This document shows positions 61,085-64,000 of a DNA stretch of 64,000 bases, one piece after another (the first letter of the stretch is position 1; every line of letters starts with the position of its first letter). The translations under genes and the position numbers were made by a program. The notes under the pieces were generated by a model. That model made no database searches. It was not told where the DNA came from and was given only the letters and a program-made list of their open reading frames with translations. Origin of the DNA: Auanema rhodensis (Eukaryota; Animalia; Nematoda); the NCBI GenBank assembly GCA_964057225.1, contig OZ059898.1:682001-746000 (forward strand), written 5' to 3'.

Positions 61085-64000
61085 AATGTAGTATAGTGCA
61101 TTCGATGCGGATTTTTAAGCTGCGTCGATCTGTGTTATCAGATTTGCGCTAGCTTAAAAATGCACCGAGATATCAACTGATATAAGTTCACACTTATATC
61201 CTCGATTTTCACCCTGAAGAATTAATTTTTTCGTTGAATAACATTGTCCATCGTCTTTGCCTTGAAAAAAATAATCTAAAAACATCTACTTTTTGCTAAA
61301 TTATCTTGAAATTTTTCGAAAAAATTTTTGTCAAAATGTTTTTGGAAGCAATGTTGAGTGTACATGGAAACTCAACATACACTAATGCATCATTTTTCAA
61401 ACGATCATAACTAATTTTTGTATTAAGCGTTTCTCAATGTAGTATAGTGCATTCGATGCGGATTTTTAAGCTGCGTCGATCTGTGTTATCAGATTTGCGC
61501 TAGCTTAAAAATGCACCGAGATATCAACTGATATAAGTTCACACTTATATCCTCGATTTTCACCCTGAAGAATTAAATTTTTCGTTGAATAACATTGTCC
61601 ATCGTCTTTGCCTTGAAAAAAGGAATCTAAAAACATCTACTTTTTGCTAAATTATCTTGAAATTTTTCGAAAAAATTTTTGTCAAAATGTTTTTGGAAGC
61701 AATGTTGAGTGTACATGGAAACTCAACATACACTAATGCATCATTTTTCAAACGATCATAACTAATTTTTGTATTAAGCGTTTCTCAATGTCGTATAGTG
61801 CATTCGATGCGGATTTTTAAGCTGCGTCGATCTGTGTTATCAGATTTGCGCTAGCTTAAAAATGCACCGAGATATCAACTGATATAAGTTCACACTTATA
61901 TCCTCGATTTTCACCCTGAAGAATTAATTTTTTCGTTGAATAACATTGTCCATTGTCTTTGCCTTGAAAAAAGGAATCTAAAAACATCTACTTTTTGCTA
62001 AATTATCTTGAAATTTTTCGAAAAAATTTTTGTCAAAATGTTTTTGGAAGCAATGTTGAGTGTACATGGAAACTCAACATACACTAATGCATCATTTTTC
62101 AAACGATCATAACTAATTTTTGTATTAAGCGTTTCTCAATGTAGTATAGTGCATTCGATGCGGATTTTTAAGCTGCGTCGATCTGTGTTATTAGATTTGC
62201 GCTAGCTTAAAAATGCACCGAGATATCAACTGATATAAGTTCACACTTATATCCTCGATTTTCACCCTGAAGAATTAATTTTTTCGTTGAATAACATTGT
62301 CCATCGTCTTTGCCTTGAAAAAAGGAATCTAAAAACATCTACTTTTTGCTAAATTATCTTGAAATTTTTCGAAAAAATTTTTGTCAAAATGTTTTTGGAA
62401 GCAATGTTGAGTGTACATGGAAACTCAACATACACTAATGCATCATTTTTCAAACGATCATAACTAATTTTTGTATTAAGCGTTTCTCAATGTAGTATAG
62501 TGCATTCGATGCGGATTTTTAAGCTGCGTCGATCTGTGTTATCAGATTTGCGCTAGCTTAAAAATGCACCGAGATATCAACTGATATAAGTTCACACTTA
62601 TATCCTCGATTTTCACCCTGAAGAATTAATTTTTTTGTTGAATAACATTGTCCATCGTCTTTGCCTTGAAAAAAGGAATCTAAAAACATCTACTTTTTGC
62701 TAAATTATTTTGAAATTTTTCGAAAAAATTTTTGTCAAAATGTTTTTGGAAGCAATGTTGAGTGTACATGGAAACTCAACATACACTAATGCATCATTTT
62801 TCAAACGATCATAACTAATTTTTGTATTAAGCGTTTCTCAATGTAGTATAGTGCATTCGATGCGGATTTTTAAGCTGCGTCGATCTGTGTTATCAGATTT
62901 GAGCTAGCTTAAAAATGCACCGAGATATCAACTGATATAAGTTCACACTTATATCCTCGATTTTCACCCTGAAGAATTAATTTTTTTGTTGAATAACATC
63001 GTCCATCGTCTTTGCCTTGAAAAAAGGAATCTAAAAACATCTACTTTTTGCTAAATTATCTTGAAATTTTTCGAAAAAATTTTTGTCAAAATGTTTTTGG
63101 AAGCAATGTTGAGTGTACATGGAAACTCAACATACACTAATGCATCATTTTTCAAACGATCATAACTAATTTTTGTATTAAGCGTTTCTCAATGTAGTAT
63201 AGTGCATTCGATGCGGATTTTTAAGCTGCGTCGATCTGTGTTATCAGATTTGCGCTAGCTTAAAAATGCACCGAGATATCAACTGATATAAGTTCACACT
63301 TATATCCTCGATTTTCACCCTGAAGAATTAATTTTTTCGTTGAATAACATTGTCCATCGTCTTTGCCTTGAAAAAAGGAATCTAAAAACATCTACTTTTT
63401 GCTAAATTATCTTGAAATTTTTCGAAAAAATTTTTGTCAAAATGTTTTTGGAAGCAATGTTGAGTGTACATGGAAACTCAACATACACTAATGCATCATT
63501 TTTCAAACGATCATAACTAATTTTTGTATTAAGCGTTTCTCAATGTAGTATAGTGCATTCGATGCGGATTTTTAAGCTGCGTCGATCTGTGTTATCAGAT
63601 TTGCGCTAGCTTAAAAATGCACCGAGATATCAACTGATATAAGTTCACACTTATATCCTCGATTTTCACCCTGAAGAATTAATTTTTTTGTTGAATAACA
63701 TTGTCCATCGTCTTTGCCTTGAAAAAAGGAATCTAAAAACATCTACTTTTTGCTAAATTATTTTGAAATTTTTCGAAAAAATTTTTGTCAAAATGTTTTT
63801 GGAAGCAATGTTGAGTGTACATGGAAACTCAACATACACTAATGCATCATTTTTCAAACGATCATAACTAATTTTTGTATTAAGCGTTTCTCAATGTCGT
63901 ATAGTGCATTCGATGCGGATTTTTAAGCTGCGTCGATCTGTGTTATCAGATTTGCGCTAGCTTAAAAATGCACCGAGATATCAACTGATATAAGTTCACA

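Larger units (their letters stand above)
1..64000. repeat. Tandem satellite DNA array, ~351-bp monomer, ~182.3 copies, head-to-tail, continuing past both window edges
   Basis: The motif aatgt(a/c)gtatagtgcattcg recurs at 1, 354, 707, 1060, 1411 ... 2821, 3172 ... 63542, 63893. Monomer lengths are 345-353, mostly exactly 351. No non-monomer sequence was seen. Confidence 0.99.

Noticed and set aside
1-64000. CRISPR array or other repeat-spacer system
   Set aside because: There are no unique spacers, the whole 351-bp unit repeats, and no cas genes are present.
1-64000. Tandem 5S rRNA, tRNA, snRNA or SL-RNA gene cluster
   Set aside because: I could not recognise 5S, a tRNA cloverleaf with A/B boxes, or snRNA/SL sequence on either strand. 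An Infernal/Rfam search would settle it.
1-64000. Tandem MITE or Helitron units, embedded transposon, or strand inversion
   Set aside because: No terminal inverted repeats with target-site duplications, no convincing Helitron termini, no foreign sequence and no orientation switch were seen. A transposon origin of the monomer remains possible but is unsupported here.
1-64000. Array as a pure assembly artefact
   Set aside because: Hierarchical shared variants and regional allele domains are what real satellite evolution produces. Individual exact duplications still need read support.

Overview
The whole 64,000-bp window is one uninterrupted head-to-tail tandem array of an AT-rich ~351-bp satellite monomer (about 31% GC by hand count). 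By my count there are 182 complete monomers plus a 108-bp partial one, all in the same orientation. I found no genes, RNA genes, transposon insertions, inversions or CRISPR spacers. The listed ORFs are by-products of one SNP that removes a stop codon. Monomers differ from the consensus by about 0-6 changes. These shared variants show higher-order duplications (3-, 4-, 5-, ~10-, 12-, ~14- and ~18-monomer periods), a probable gene-conversion tract and regional variant domains. The monomer is unusually rich in dyad symmetry. It has a ~120-bp module with three inverted-repeat pairs centred on one axis, a competing long hairpin, and a 41-bp apparently invariant box containing a perfect 9-bp inverted repeat. 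This fits eukaryotic (peri)centromeric or heterochromatic satellite DNA. I cannot assign the family or the species. All counts were made by eye.
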